From assembly GCA_002269645.1 (NCBI GenBank), contig NIVC01001096.1:295332-359331 (forward strand): 64,000 bases of DNA. The letters are read 5' to 3'. The notes beneath the pieces were generated by a model. The model saw only the letters and a list, made by a program, of their open reading frames with translations, was not told the DNA's origin and ran no database searches. The translations under genes were made by a program, and so were the position numbers. Shown here piece after piece: positions 12,001 through 25,200 of the stretch. How positions within the stretch are numbered: position 1 is the first letter of the stretch; every line of letters starts with the position of its first letter. This stretch comes from Macrostomum lignano. Taxonomy: Eukaryota.

Positions 12001-15000
12001 ACAAAATAGTTTTCTTTTTAAGACTCGGACTTTGAGAACTTTGCGAGTAATTCACAATACCTAATGACTACTCACCTTAGTAGCGTTGGACTCGCACTTA
12101 GCTTTAGTGCCAGCCGTCAGTGACACATTGTACACGTGAGTATATTGATTGCCCCGTCCAGTGAACAGTTTCGCTCCTCGAGCTAAATAATACTGACCGG
12201 GACTGAGCAGGTTAGTGAAATCGAACTCGGGACCGCCGAGGTGATCCGACTGTTTTGGTCCCTTGGGATTTAGCACGCAGGCGACGCCGTCAAGGGCTCG
12301 CATGCCGGCGGGGCAGGGAGCGCAGGAGTTCACGCCTTCGGCTGGGTGCTTGGCAACCACTTGGCCAGTTGGACAGGGGTAGCAGGTGATATTTTTCGAA
12401 TCGTAGTACTTTCCAGCAGGACAGGGGATGCATCTGCAGTAGCAGTGGCGGTGGGTGGATGTAAATAATTTACTATGGAATATGAGAATCTGGAAGCTGA
12501 AGACCTGCGGATGTGCGATATGGAAACTGGGAATCGAAGGTTTGAGAATTTGGGATTTGGCAATGTGAGAATTTGGGATCTGGGAATGTGAGAATTTGGG
12601 ATCTGGAAATGTGAGAATTTGGGATCTGGAAATGTGAGAATTTGGGATCTGGAAATGTGAGAATTTGGGATCTGGGATTCTGGGAATGTGAGAATTTGGG
12701 ATCTGGCAATGTGAGAATTTGGGATCTGGCAATGTGAGAATTTGGGATCTGGCAATGTACGAATTTGGGATCTGGGAATGTGAGAATTTGGGATCTGGGA
12801 ATGTGAGGATTTGGGATCTGGGAATATGGGAATTTGGGATCTGGGAATATGAAAATTTGGGATCTGGGAATGTGAGACTTTGGGATCTGGGAATGTGAGG
12901 ATTTGGGATCTGGGAATATGAGGATTTGGGATCTGGGAATGTTAAGATTTGGGATCTAGGAATGCGAGGATTTGGGATCTGGGAATATGAGAATTTGGGA
13001 TCTGGGAATATGAGAATTTGGGATCTGGGAATATGAGAATTTGGAATCTGGGAATGCGAGGATTCGGGATCTGGGAATATGAGGATTTGGGATCTGGAAT
13101 ATGAAAATTTGGGATCTGGGATTTGGGAATATGAGAATTTGGGATCTGGGAATGTGAGGATTTGGGATCTGGAAATATGAGGATTTGGGATCTGGGAATG
13201 TGAGAATTTGGGATCTGGGAACCGAAGATTTGGGACCTTAGAATGTGAGGATTTAGGATCTGGGAATGAGGATCTTGGAGCTGGAAACTGAGGATTTAGG
13301 ATCTGGGGGAATTTTAAGATCTGGGATCTGGGAATGTTAAGATTTGAGATTTGGGAATGTGAGGATTTGGGATCTAGGAATGCGAGGATTCGGGATCTGG
13401 GAACTGTGAATTTGAGATCTGGGGACTGTGGATTTGGGATCTGGGGACTGTGGATTTGGGATCTGGGAACTGTGAATTTGAGATCTGGGGACTGTGGATT
13501 TGGGATATGGGAACTGTGGGTTTGAGATATGGGATCGGGGAACTTGGTAAGTGAGGATGTGGCATTCAGAATTTGACGATTTAGAAATTTACTCACTTAT
13601 TGCCCTGAATGCCCAGAGGGCAGGCCTGACATCTGACTCCTCCGCTGCCAAGAGCATTGGGCGCCCTCACACTGTACACAGTGAGCACATTGCGCGACCA
13701 GTCTACACTTTCGCCGGTTGACGCAGCCGAACCAGCAGCGCTTTCATTGTCTTCAATAAATGGGGCCGGCTCGAAGATTAGGAAAAATTTGTGACGATCA
13801 GTTCGGCGGATTATGTACCTGGGAATTGCGTGGATTTAGGGTGATGCCATGTACGTAAGTACGTAGGATGTACATACGTGTAAGTACATGATAGATAGGA
13901 TGTACATCGGTTTGTGGATTCTTCTGTTGTATCTTATTCAATATTCAACTTACTTGAATTGCGATCTTTTCTGCGACCCAGCCCAGGTCTTGATTTCCAC
14001 GTGACGACGACTCTCGTACTGAATATAGAATAGTTTGATTTTATATAATATGACGCTGATAATACTGAGTGAAAAAGATCTAAGAGGCTTTACTTAGGAT
14101 TGATGGTTTGAGCTAGTCCTAGAGAATTAGCATAGTTTGTGACTTCATCCGGCAAAAGGTGATGGTTTTAGTGGCCTAGCAACTGAGAATCTGGGAGGCT
14201 GGCCCAGCAACTGAGGATGTGGGAGGCTGGCCCAGCAACTGAGGACCTGGGAGGCTGGCCCAGCAACTGACACTCTGGGAGGCTGGCCCAGCAACTGAGG
14301 ATCTGGGAGGCTGGCCCAGCAACTGACACTCTGGGAGGCTGGCCCAGCAACTGAGGATGTGGGAGGCTGGCCTAGCAACTGAGGACCTGGGAGGCTGGCC
14401 CAGCAACTGAGGATCTGGGAGGCTGGCCCAGCAACTGAGGATGTGGGAGGCTGGCCCAGCAACTGACACTCTGGGAGGCTGGCCCAGCAACTGACACTCT
14501 GGGAGGCTGGCCCAGCAACTGACACTCTGGGAGGCTGGCCCAGCAACTGACACTCTGGGAGGCAGGCCCAGCAACTGACACTCTGGGAGGCTGGCCCAGC
14601 AACTGAGGATCTGGGAGGCTGGCCCAGCAACTGAGGATCTGGGAGGCTGGCCCAGCAACTGACACTCTGGAGGCTGGCCCAGCAACTGAGGATCTGGGAG
14701 GCTGGCCCAGCAACTGACACTCTGAGAGGCTGGCCCAGCAACTGAGGATCTGGAAGGGTGGCCCAGCAACTGACACTCTGGGAGGCTGGCCCAGCAACTG
14801 AGGATCTGGGAGGCTGGCCCAGCAACTGACACTCTGAGAGGCTGGCCCAGCAACTGAGGATCTGGGAGGCTGGCCTAGCAACTGAGGATCTGGGAGGCTG
14901 GCCCAGCAACTGAGGATGTGGGAGGCTGGCCCAGCAACTGACACTTTGGGAGGCTGGCCCAGCAACTGAGGATGTGGGAGGCTGGCCCAGCAACTGAGGA

Positions 15001-18000
15001 CCTGGGAGGCTGGCCCAGCAACTGAGGATCTGGGAGGCTGGCCCAGCAACTGAGGATGTGGGAGGCTGGCCCAGCAACTGACACTCTGGGAGGCTGGCCC
15101 AGCAACTGACACTCTGGGAGGCAGGCCCAGCAACTGACACTCTGGGAGGCTGGCCCAGCAACTGACACTCTGAGAGGCTGGCCCAGCAACTGAGGATCTG
15201 GAAGGGTGGCCCAGCAACTGACACTCTGGGAGGCTGGCCAAGCAACTGAGGATCTGGGAGGCTGGCCCAGCAACTGACACTCTGGGAGGCTGGCCCAGCA
15301 ACTGAGGACCTGGGAGGCTGGCCCAGCAACTGACACTCTGGGAGGCAGGCCCAGCAACTGACACTCTGGGAGGCTGGCCCAGCAACTGAGGATCTGGGAG
15401 GCTGGCCCAGCAACTGAGGATCTGGGAGGCTGGCCCAGCAACTGACACTCTGGGAGGCTGGCCCAGCAACTGAGGACCTGGGAGGCTGGCCCAGAAACTG
15501 ACACTCTGAGAGGCTGGCCCAGCAACTGAGGATCTGGGAGGCTGGCCTAGCAACTGAGGATCTGGGAGGCTGGCCTCTGGGAGGGTGGCCCAGCAACCGA
15601 GGATCTGGGAGGCTGATGATGGCCCAGCCTAAGCATTAATGCCGACAGCAAAGAATCTCACCTTAAGCAGGAACAGCCTACAGCGAGTGTCGCAGGTAAC
15701 CTCAAAGTCGATAATCAGGGATCCAACAGGCGTGACATCGGCGGCAGCAGCAGCAGCGGCGGCAGCAGCAAATGACGCAGAAGTGTCGTCACCCTGCTGA
15801 GCACCCTGAGGCTGGTGAAATCCGGGCAAGTCCAAAGTCAAAACGCGCGAGTGGCGCGTACGGGTTGGCGCAGTCTGCACCCGGTCACCCATGAGCTGCC
15901 AGGCCTGCTCAGAGCAGGTGCTGGAGCCGTCCACTTGCAGCACCAGACAGGACAGGTTCATCAGCGGTGGAGTCACCAGCCAGTTGGAGGCCACGTATTC
16001 GTGCACGACCTGGCACAGGGGATCGGGGTCGGATTGGGATTGCGGATTACGGCGCTTCTGCCTTAGGTAATTAGGCGATTTTATTAATGGCTACTCTAAT
16101 TGGCGATTTAATTAGGCGATTTTTACATGACTACTTTTATTAGGCGATTCTTAAATGGCTACTCTAATTGGGCGATTCCTAAATGGCTACTCTAATTGGG
16201 CGATTCCTAAATGGCTACTCTAATTGGGCGATTCCTAAATGGCTACTCTAATTGGCTGATTCCTAAATGGCTACTCTAATTGGCTGATTCCTAAATGGCT
16301 ACTCTAATTGGGCGATTCCTAAATGGCTACTCTAATTGGGCGATTCCTAAATGGCTACTCTAATTGGGCGATTCTTAAATAGCTACTCTAATTGGGCGAT
16401 TCCTAAATGGCTACTCTAATTGGCTGATTCCTAAATGGCGGCTACTCTAATTGGCTGATTCCTAAACGGCTACTCTAATTGGCTGATTCCTAAATGGCTA
16501 CTCTAATTGGCTGATTCCTAAACGGCTACTCTAATTGGCTGATTCCTAAATGGCTACTCTAATTGGCTGATTCCTAAATGGCTACTCTAATTGGCTGATT
16601 CCTAAATGGCTACTCTAATTGGCTGATTCCTAAATGGCTACTCTAATTGGGCGATTCCTAAATGGATACTCTAATTAGGCGATTCTTAAATGGCTACTCT
16701 AATTGGGCGATTCTTAAATGGCTACTCTAATTGGGCGATTCTTAAATGGCTACTCTAATTGGGCGGTTCTTAAATGGCTACTCTAATTGGGCGATTCCTA
16801 AATGGCTACTCTAATTGGGCGATTCTTAAATAGCTACTCTAATTGGGCGATTCCTAAATGGCTACTCTAATTGGCTGATTCCTAAATGGCGGCTACTCTA
16901 ATTGGCTGATTCCTAAACGGCTACTCTAATTGGCTGATTCCTAAACGGCTACTCTAATTGGCTGATTCCTAAATGGCTACTCTAATTGGCTGATTCCTAA
17001 ATGGCTACTCTAATTGGCTGATTCCTAAATGGCTACTCTAATTGGCTGATTCCTAAATGGCTACTCTAATTGGGCGATTCCTAAATGGATACTCTAATTA
17101 GGCGATTCTTAAATGGCTACTCTAATTGGGCGATTCTTAAATGGCTACTCTAATTGGGCGATTCTTAAATGGCTACTCTAATTGGGCGGTTCTTAAATGG
17201 CTACTCTAATTGGGCGATTCTTAAATGGCTACTCTAATTGGGCGATTCTTAAATGTCTACTCTAATTGTGCGATTCAGATGGCATTTTTAATTCAAGCAA
17301 AGTTAATATAGGTAATTCCATAATTTCCTACACAGCTTGGCTGATATGAGAGCTCACTTGAGTCTTAGCCGGACACGGCTGGCACACGGTGCTATTCCCA
17401 TCTGAGTATTGGCCCTCTGGACAGGCCTCGCATTGCAGCGGATCTTTCTCGCCGTTCGCAGCAGCCGCTCGCATCCCCGGATTGCAATAAACTCCCTTGC
17501 ACGAGGCCGGCAGATTGCTGTTACCACCGGCGCCGCTATTGCTAGGCAAGGAGACTCCAGCGTCGCACACTTTCGGTTGAATCCAATTATAGCTAGGCCG
17601 AGTGACTTGATAATTGTTAGCCACAGTGCACGGCGATTGGGCATAAAACAGGGCATAGTCGGAGGCTGCACAAGCCGGCTTAGGCTTGCACGAGGCCGCA
17701 CCGGGGCCGGAGTACTGCCCGGCTGGACAGGCCTGGCAACTCTGTCCGCTAGTTGAGTAAGTGTTCGCCTGACATTTGCTGCACTTAGGGGCTCCGATAG
17801 CACTGGAGTAGCCGGGGTGGCAGGACTGGCAGCTGTACACGTACGGTATGCCCGACACTTCAATAGAGTGGATAGCAATGATGGAGCTCGATTTTGAGGC
17901 CGAAGACGAGCTTGAAGGTCGGATTCGATCGGCCACCGGTACGATTTGCCAGCGGAGAACGTTCATGCCTACTTTTAGTGGCACCTGCGTTTCGGTTGGC

Positions 18001-21000
18001 GGGGCTTGATAGGTTTTATTGCAATAGCGAATTGTAAAAATCTGATTAATATGGGACTAAGGGATTTGTCACTGAAATCCCCGAATCCTTATTTAGATTT
18101 TTGTGTCACTGAAATCCCCGAATCCTCATTTAGATTTGTGTGTCACTGAAATCCCCAAATCCTCATTTAGATTTCTGTCACTGAAATCCCCGAATCCTCA
18201 TTTAGATTTGTGTGTCACTGAAATCCCCAAATCCTCATTTAGATTTGTGTCACTGAAATCCCCGAATCCTCATTTAGATTTGTGTGCCAGCCACTGAAAT
18301 CCCCAAATCCTCATTTAGATTTGTGTGCCAGCCACTGAAATCCCCGAATCCTCATTTAGATTTGTGTGCCAGCCACTGAAATCCCCAAATCCTCATTTAG
18401 ATTTGTGTGCCAGCCACTGAAATCCCCAAATCCTCATTTAGATTTGTGTGCCAGCCACTGAAATCCCCGAATCCTCATTTAGATTTGTGTGCCAGCCACT
18501 GAAATCCCCAAATCCTCATTTAGATATGTCACTGAAATCCCAAAATCCTCATTTAGATTTGTCACTGAAATCCCCAAATCCCCATTTAGATTTGTCACTG
18601 AAATCCCCAAATCCTCATTTAGATTTGTGTGCCACTGAAATCCCCAAATCCTCATTTAGATTTGTGTGCCACTGAAATCCCCAAATCCTCATTTAGATTT
18701 GTGTGCCACTGAAATCCCCAAATCCTCATTTAGATTTGTGTACCACTGAAATCCCCAAATCCTCATTTAGATTTGTCACTGAAATCCCCAAATCCCCATT
18801 TAGTTTTTTGTTTGAAATCCCATTTATAGAAGTTTATTAGGGGAAGGTTTGTTGTATCACAGAAATCCTTATTACAGGAGATAAACATCATTAAAATGAG
18901 CTGAAGAGAGACTGAGACAAAAGAGAGAAGACAGATTTTAACGGACAATAAAAAAGGGAAAATATCAAGGCACTAAAAACACAAGCATCCAATTTGCAAG
19001 ACACTCAAAACGCACGTCGAGTCGAATTAATCCCTGTTCGAGGATTAGCGGATTAAAACATCGCATCGAATTTCTTGCTCACGCAAAAAGCAGAGAGTAG
19101 AAGACCAGAGAGAGGCCTAGGCAGAAAGCTCAAGATTAGTAAATTGACGCCCGTAATGAAAAAATATTTTTCATTCGATCTAGTCGATTTAGTCCACACC
19201 AAAACTGCCAGGGTTTTTATAGGCCTAAGATAACTGAAGGTACCAACGTAGCGAGCCTGATTTATTTTACGGTCTGACCACGGCTGGTCCTGCACGAAAA
19301 AGTGCGTAGATTATCAGGATGCTATGATACTGAATAAAATACAATATACCCGTAAATATATACACTTTAAGCCAGGGAAGCATGCAGACGGGAGCAGGAG
19401 GGCATCGCCTCCCATCCCCCTCTAGGAGACAGGGGCGCCCAACAAGATAAGAGACAGGGCCACCCACCCAAGAGACAGGGCCGCCCACCCAAGAGACAGG
19501 GCCACCCACCCAAGAGACAGGGCCGCCCACCCAAGAGACAGGGCCGCCCACCCAAGAGACAGGGCCGCCCACCAAGAGACAGGGCCGCTCACTAGGAGAC
19601 AGAGGCGCCTACCAAGCGACAGGGCCGCCCACCCAAGAGACAGGGCCGCCCACCAAGAGACAGGGCAACCCACCCAAGACAGGGCAGCCCACCCAAGAGA
19701 CAGGGCCGCCCACCCAAGAGACAGGGCCGCCCACCCAGAGACAGGGCCGCCCACCCAGAGACAGGGCCGCCCACCCAAGAGACAGGGCCGCCCACCAAGA
19801 GACAGGGCCGCCCACCAAGGGACAGGGCCGCCCACCAAGAGACAGGGCCGCCCACCAAGAGACAGGGCCGCTCACCAAGAGACAGGGCCGCCCACCCAAG
19901 AGACAGGGCCGCCCACCAAGAGACAGGGCCGCCCACCAAGAGACAGGGCCGCCCACCCAAGAGACAGGGCCGCCCACCCAAGAGACAGGGCCGCCCACCC
20001 AAGAGACAGGGCCGCCCACCCAAGAGACAGGGCCGCCCACCCAAGAGACGAGGGCGCCCACCTAAGAGCAAATAAATGCGATATTAAGAGGCTCACCGTA
20101 TGCCGTTTGATTTCATTTCTGTCAGTCTCGTCAAGAAGCGGACTGCCGCTGTCCTCACTGCTGCTAACGCTCTCGCACAGTCCGTTCTGCACTTCGAATG
20201 CAAATAATTCTAATTCACTTCGGTATTGATAGAGGAATGTCACGGAACCGCTGCTGACCACATTTACTGTGTAGGTGAGGCTGAGCTGGCAGTTGTTGTC
20301 GGACTGGCCAGATAAATACGATCCCATCGTCTTCCACCGGGCTCTGCGAAATTTGGAATTCGCTGGGATGTAGATTTCAAGTGCTTGGATCTAGATTGCA
20401 AATGCTGGGATCTAGATTGCAATGCTGGGTTCTAGGTTGCAAATGCTGGGATCTAGATTGCAAATGCTGGGATCTAGATTGCAAATGCTGGGATCTAGAT
20501 TGCAAATGCTGGGATCTAGATTGCAAATGCTGGGATTTAGATTGCAAATGCTGGGATCTAGATTGCAAATGCTGGGATTTAGATTGCAAATGCTGGGATC
20601 TAGATTGCAATGCTGGGTTCTAGGTTGCAAATGCTGGGATCTAGATTGCAAATGCTGGGATTTAGATTGCAAATGCTGGGATCTAGATTGCAATGCTGGG
20701 TTCTAGGTTGCAAATGCTGGGATCTAGATTGCAAATGCTGGGATCTGGGTTGCAAATGCTGGGATCTAGGTTGCAAATGCTGAGATCTGGGTTGCAAATG
20801 CTGGGATCTAGATTGCAAATGCTGGGATCTAGTTTGCAAATGCTGGGATCTAGTTTGCAAATGCTGGGATTTGGATTGCAAAATTCTTAAATCTGAATTG
20901 CAGAAGAGGGGATCTATTTTGAAAACACTGGGATCTAGTTTGCAAACACTGGGATCTAGTTACAAATGCTGGGATCTAGTTTACAAATGCTGGGATCCAG

Positions 21001-21855
21001 ATTGCAAATGCTGGGATCCAGATTGCAAATGCTGGGATCCAGATTAGAAATGCACATACAGGCACATCAATACTGTACGCACGCATGCACACACACACGC
21101 TCACACAGGGTGTACAGCAGCCCTGACTTTCTAATCGCAGGCATGTACACTCTGTGTGCCTTGAGGGCTGGCTGGTCCTCATGGGTGTGAATCGCGTGAA
21201 TTTTGAATCGGGTAGCCCTTAATTATATTAAAATAAAACTATTTGACGAACTAAAAGCCAAACTTCTAATACATTTTTGCAGCCAACGTGAAAATCAACG
21301 AGTACAAGTTTGAGATATCCGAACCTGGAGCAGCTTCCAGCATCCTTAGTGTCAAGCCGATCGGCAGACGAAGTAAATCCGTCAGGCAAGCCGGCAGTCC
21401 ACATGTCGAATCGAACTCCGGAGCCCAGAGAATAAGTGCCAGCCAAACAATTGGAGCAGTCGTTTTTTTCAACGTCCAGATATTGCCCAGATGGGCAGTT
21501 GATGTCTGAGTAAGGGGATTAAGTGGGAGACATCAGCAAGGGAAAACAGGCTGTTTTTCTACCTTCACATCATTTTTCAATAATATCAACGATGGACTCC
21601 AAGTTTTTATTCCATTCTTGTTGCCTCCCCAATGGGGGCGAAGATGGCTAGTCCACTATACTAAATTAAACGAGTTGTCTCTAGCTTATCTATGTGATTG
21701 ATGGTTAAAAATGACTCATTATGCAAACGATGCTTACCACACTTCTTGCCAGGTACAGGGAATTCTACTGCGCCACCACTGCAGGTCTCATTTGGCACCT
21801 GCACTCTCCATCTGGCATTGTTGTGACACTCTGTGTAGACATACTTCAGTTGCGA
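8316..21855 (-). CDS. ELAPOR: ELAPOR1/2 (KIAA1324/EIG121, UPF0577) family type-I membrane protein; 12 exons, ~1034 aa, signal-peptide exon not located
   Basis: Exons 21855-21738, 21505-21325, 20343-20097, 17984-17358, 16009-15662, 14018-13954, 13818-13597, 12433-12076, 10221-9988, 9618-9389, 9211-9056, 8634-8316; all GT-AG and phase-compatible. Recognised motifs: [29 protein letters not shown], Cys-rich repeats, [12 protein letters not shown], a TM helix and the tail LQYKY..L..ELP..ESCA. Confidence 0.92.
8690..9045. repeat. (GACA)n microsatellite in the last ELAPOR intron
   Basis: Directly visible. Confidence 0.97.
9670..9905. repeat. ~36-bp degenerate repeat containing ATCGATCGAT (intronic)
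   Basis: About 7-8 units of ATCGATCGATG..AACTTCCGGAAAAATCAATA. Confidence 0.85.
10380..11995. repeat. 24-bp minisatellite (GGGATTCTTGTAGATTATGGATTT), intronic
   Basis: Directly visible; source of the KNPKSIIY artefact ORFs. Confidence 0.96.
12540..13545. repeat. 23-bp minisatellite (GGGATCTGGGAATGTGAGAATTT), intronic
   Basis: Directly visible. Confidence 0.95.
14175..15630. repeat. 28-bp minisatellite (GGGAGGCTGGCCCAGCAACTGAGGATCT / ..GACACTCT), intronic
   Basis: Directly visible; two interleaved variants. Confidence 0.97.
16085..17280. repeat. 28-bp minisatellite (ATGGCTACTCTAATTGGGCGATTCCTAA), intronic
   Basis: Directly visible. Confidence 0.97.
18065..18800. repeat. 33-41-bp minisatellite (ACTGAAATCCCCAAATCCTCATTTAGATTTGTGTGCC), intronic
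   Basis: Directly visible. Confidence 0.95.
19425..20062. repeat. 20/21-bp minisatellite (GAGACAGGGCCGCCCACCCAA), intronic
   Basis: Directly visible. Confidence 0.96.
20385..21045. repeat. 21-bp minisatellite (TGCAAATGCTGGGATCTAGAT), intronic
   Basis: Directly visible. Confidence 0.96.
21050..21230 (-). mobile_element. Partial copy (central body) of the local tRNA-derived SINE family
   Basis: Reverse complement contains CAAGGCACACAGAGTGTACATGCC..GCTGTACACCCTGTGTGAG, shared with the copies at 43242 and 55575. Confidence 0.65.
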
Positions 21856-22240
21856 CTAGATATAGGTTTAAATTTAATGATTACAATGTTAAAAATTATC
21901 ATATTGTGTATACAAAGCAAAACAAATATTTGCGAATAAAGAGTTATATACACCATTAAAATGTTCATAACCTAATTTAAATTAATGCTGATGAAATTCA
22001 ATTTCAATAAATACTTTGGTTTAGCTCAAATGGCTATATTTGTTTACAAAATGAGCATTACTTTAAAACAAACAATTTCTATCAACTATTATTTTTAAAT
22101 TAGTGTCTTAGACTGCCAGTGGCAACACTAGTCTGAATTTAAATGCATGTTTAAATGAATTTAATTTGATTGATAAATTAATGATTTTTGGTTCTAGAAT
22201 AATTAACATATTTTTGTTGTCTATCATTAATGAGAACCTT

Positions 22241-25200
22241 TTATAGAAAACCCACAGTCCGTGGCACTGGCTCGTAGAAGGCGTCGGTCTTCTGCCGGGA
22301 TTGCAGAGGCCTCAGAACACGGTCGCTCGGACGGATGACGTGGTCTGCTGCCCTGGAGAGTCGGTCGGCGAGCCGCTTTATCTCCTCTTTCGTCTGGCGG
22401 TTGCGGTCGGCGATGGCCGCTCTTGTCGCGTCGATGGGTTGCGAGTTTTGGAGGCTCGGGATCACATCGTTGATTTGCCTGCCAAATAGCAGACTAGCCG
22501 GTGCGACGCCTGTGGCGCAGTGTGGAGTGCGCCTGTACGCTGCCAGGTATTCGTCCAAGGCCAGCGTCCAGTCCCGACCTTCGAGGACCGCCGCGCGAAT
22601 GGCTTTGTTCAGCCCCTGGTTGCACCGCTCCGTTGCGCCGTTGGCCTGAGGGTAGAGAGGCGTGATTCGATGGTGCCGGGCGCCTGATCCACCAGGAAGC
22701 TGCTGAACTCGGCCGATGCGAAGGGCGGGCCGTTATCCGTAGTTACCTTCGCCGGCTGCCTGAAGATGCTGAACCACCGGCGCAGCACCTTGATGACGGC
22801 GGAGGCGGTGGTGCTGGGCATGACCTCCACGAGCGGGAACCTGGAGAAGTGGTCCGTGCAGACGAGCAGCGACTTGCCGCTTACCGGTCCGAGGAAGTCC
22901 AGCCCCAGCTCGAGCCAGGGGCCCTCCGGTAGTTCGGTCGGCTTGAGCGGCGTGGTTTTCGGCGAGGTCTCGCGGGTGCAGGCCTGGCAGCTGATGCAGG
23001 CTGCCACGTGCGCTTCTACGGATGCTCGCATGCCGGGCCACCAGACCTTCGGTTGTAGGCGGTCCAGCGTTTTTCTGACGCCCTGGTGGGCCAGCTGCAG
23101 GCACCGGTATCGCAGAGCCGTCGGCATGTACAGTTGGCTGCGGCACAGCAGCAGGCCGTCCAGTTCGGACAACTCGTGGGCCACGCCGTGCAGTCCCTGT
23201 AGGCTCGGGTCGCTCTTGTCCCACTGGTTCCCGCGGATGGCGTGCAGAGCTGCTTGGACGGTGTAATCTTGGTCGGAGGCGGCCTTGATGATGGTCAGGC
23301 TGATGGACACCGGGGTGGCCGCCCGCACTGCCGTGGCCAAGTAGATCGCATCCGCCTGCTCGCCGACGTTGTTCGGCGGCATTGGCAGCGGCTGGCGGCT
23401 CAGGACGTCGGAAGGATTGCCGGCTCCGGGCTGGTAAACCACTTGGAAGACCAGGTCTTGCAGTCGCAGCGCCATGCGCTTAATGCGGGGCTACCAGCCG
23501 CAGGGATACCAGCGGCTTGTGGTCGGTGATCACCTTGAAGCTGCCGCCGCCGCTGAGGTAGTGATGAAACTTCAGGCCACCGTACTTCACCGCGAGCGCC
23601 TCCCGCTCCGTCTGGGAGTAGCGCTGCTCGGTCGGGCTCAGGCTGCGGCTCGCGTATGCCACCGGCCGCGTCGATCCGTCAGGTTGGACTTGGGCGAGGA
23701 TGGCGCCGACGCCCGTGGGGCTGGCGTCCACGATTAGCTGGGTCGGAAGCTTGCTGTTGAAGAATGCCAGCGCCTCGCTGCTGGCGATCGTTTGCTTGAT
23801 GTCCTTGAACGCGGCCTCCTGTTGTTCGCCCCCATGTCCACTCGGCGGCCTGCCGGGTCAGCTCTCGGAGCGGCCGGGCCATGTCGGACAGGTTGCTGAT
23901 GAAGCGCGCGAGGAAGGTGACGAGGCCGAGGAACGAGCAGACCTCGGTCGCGTTGGTCGGCCGCTTGAAACTGTTGATGGCCGCCACTTTCTCGGTGCTG
24001 GGGTGAATGCCGACTGCAGATAGCCGCATGGCGAGGAAATCGACCTCTCGCTGAGCGAATCAGCACTTTTTGGGGTTCAGCGTGATGTTGCTGGCCTTCA
24101 GCCGGGCCAGGCAGTCTCGCAGGCTCTGATTGTGCTCTTCAATGTTCTTTGCGTACACTAGGATGTCGTCGTGCACCCAGCGGACGCCGGGCAGGACGCT
24201 GAGGACGGAGGTCATCACCCGCTGGAGGATCTCGGAGGCGGATGTGTAGCCCATGCAGAGCCGGCGCAGCCGCAGGAGCCCGATGGGCGTGGAGAACGTC
24301 AGCAGATCCCTGGACTCCTCGGCGACTTCAATTTGGTGGAACGCTTTGGCGACATCCAGCTCCGAGAAATACGTCGATCCGGCCATTTCGTCAGTTACCT
24401 CTTCGAATGTGGGGATCGGCTGCTTCTCCGGGATGACGTACTTGTTCACCTCGCGGAGGTCCTCCTGGGTGATGCGCACCTCTCCCTGCTCGGCCTTCGG
24501 GACCGAGACCATCCTGGAGCACCAGGCTGTTGGCCCGTGCACTCGCTCGATGATTCCCAGTGCAAGCTGCTCTTCCAGCTCCTTGATGACGGCAGCCCTG
24601 AGGTGCACTGACACTCGGGATGGCGGTTGGCAGACTGGGGTGGCATCTGATCTCAGCTTGATGGTGATGGTGACGCCCTTCGCGCATCTGATGCCCTGAA
24701 AGCGGTTGCTGAAGTCCGCCAGGATGCTCTCAAGCTGCAGCTTCTTGGGCAGGTGCTGATCCTCGCATCTCGCTGGTTTGGCCAGGCTGGCCACCACCGC
24801 CGAGTTTGAGCAGGCCTCTGGGCCGACTCTCAGCATACCGAGCTTCGTGCTGGACGCTCTGCCGAGGATTGGGGTGCAGCTGCTCCGGATGACAATGAAG
24901 TTCGCCTGCAGCTCGCGGTGGTTCGCCCTGACGGTGAGCGTCGTTTGACCGGCTGCCTCCAGCGGCTTGCTGGCGCCGAGCGCGAAGACTCTGGTGCTGG
25001 ACGGCGCAAGTGGCATGCCGCGGCTGCAAATTCTGCGGAACGTCGCCATGTCCAGTACGTTGCAGCTTGCTCCGCTGTCGATCAGTGTGCAAACCTGCTG
25101 ACCGTTGATGCTGTTGGGGAATTTGGCGCTATCGTCCTTGCCGATGAGCGTGCAGAACACCTCGTTGACTGGCTGGTCCGCAGGCTGGTCTTGCTCGGGC

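Noticed and set aside
39-20890. Long repetitive ORFs ([36 protein letters not shown] etc.) as proteins
   Set aside because: They are open in several frames and on both strands because the repeat units lack stops; most lie inside introns of a well-supported gene.
1652-21855. LITAF plus ELAPOR as a functional endolysosomal gene cluster
   Set aside because: Both families are endolysosomal, but the genes are convergent and ~4 kb apart with no shared regulatory evidence; adjacency alone is insufficient.
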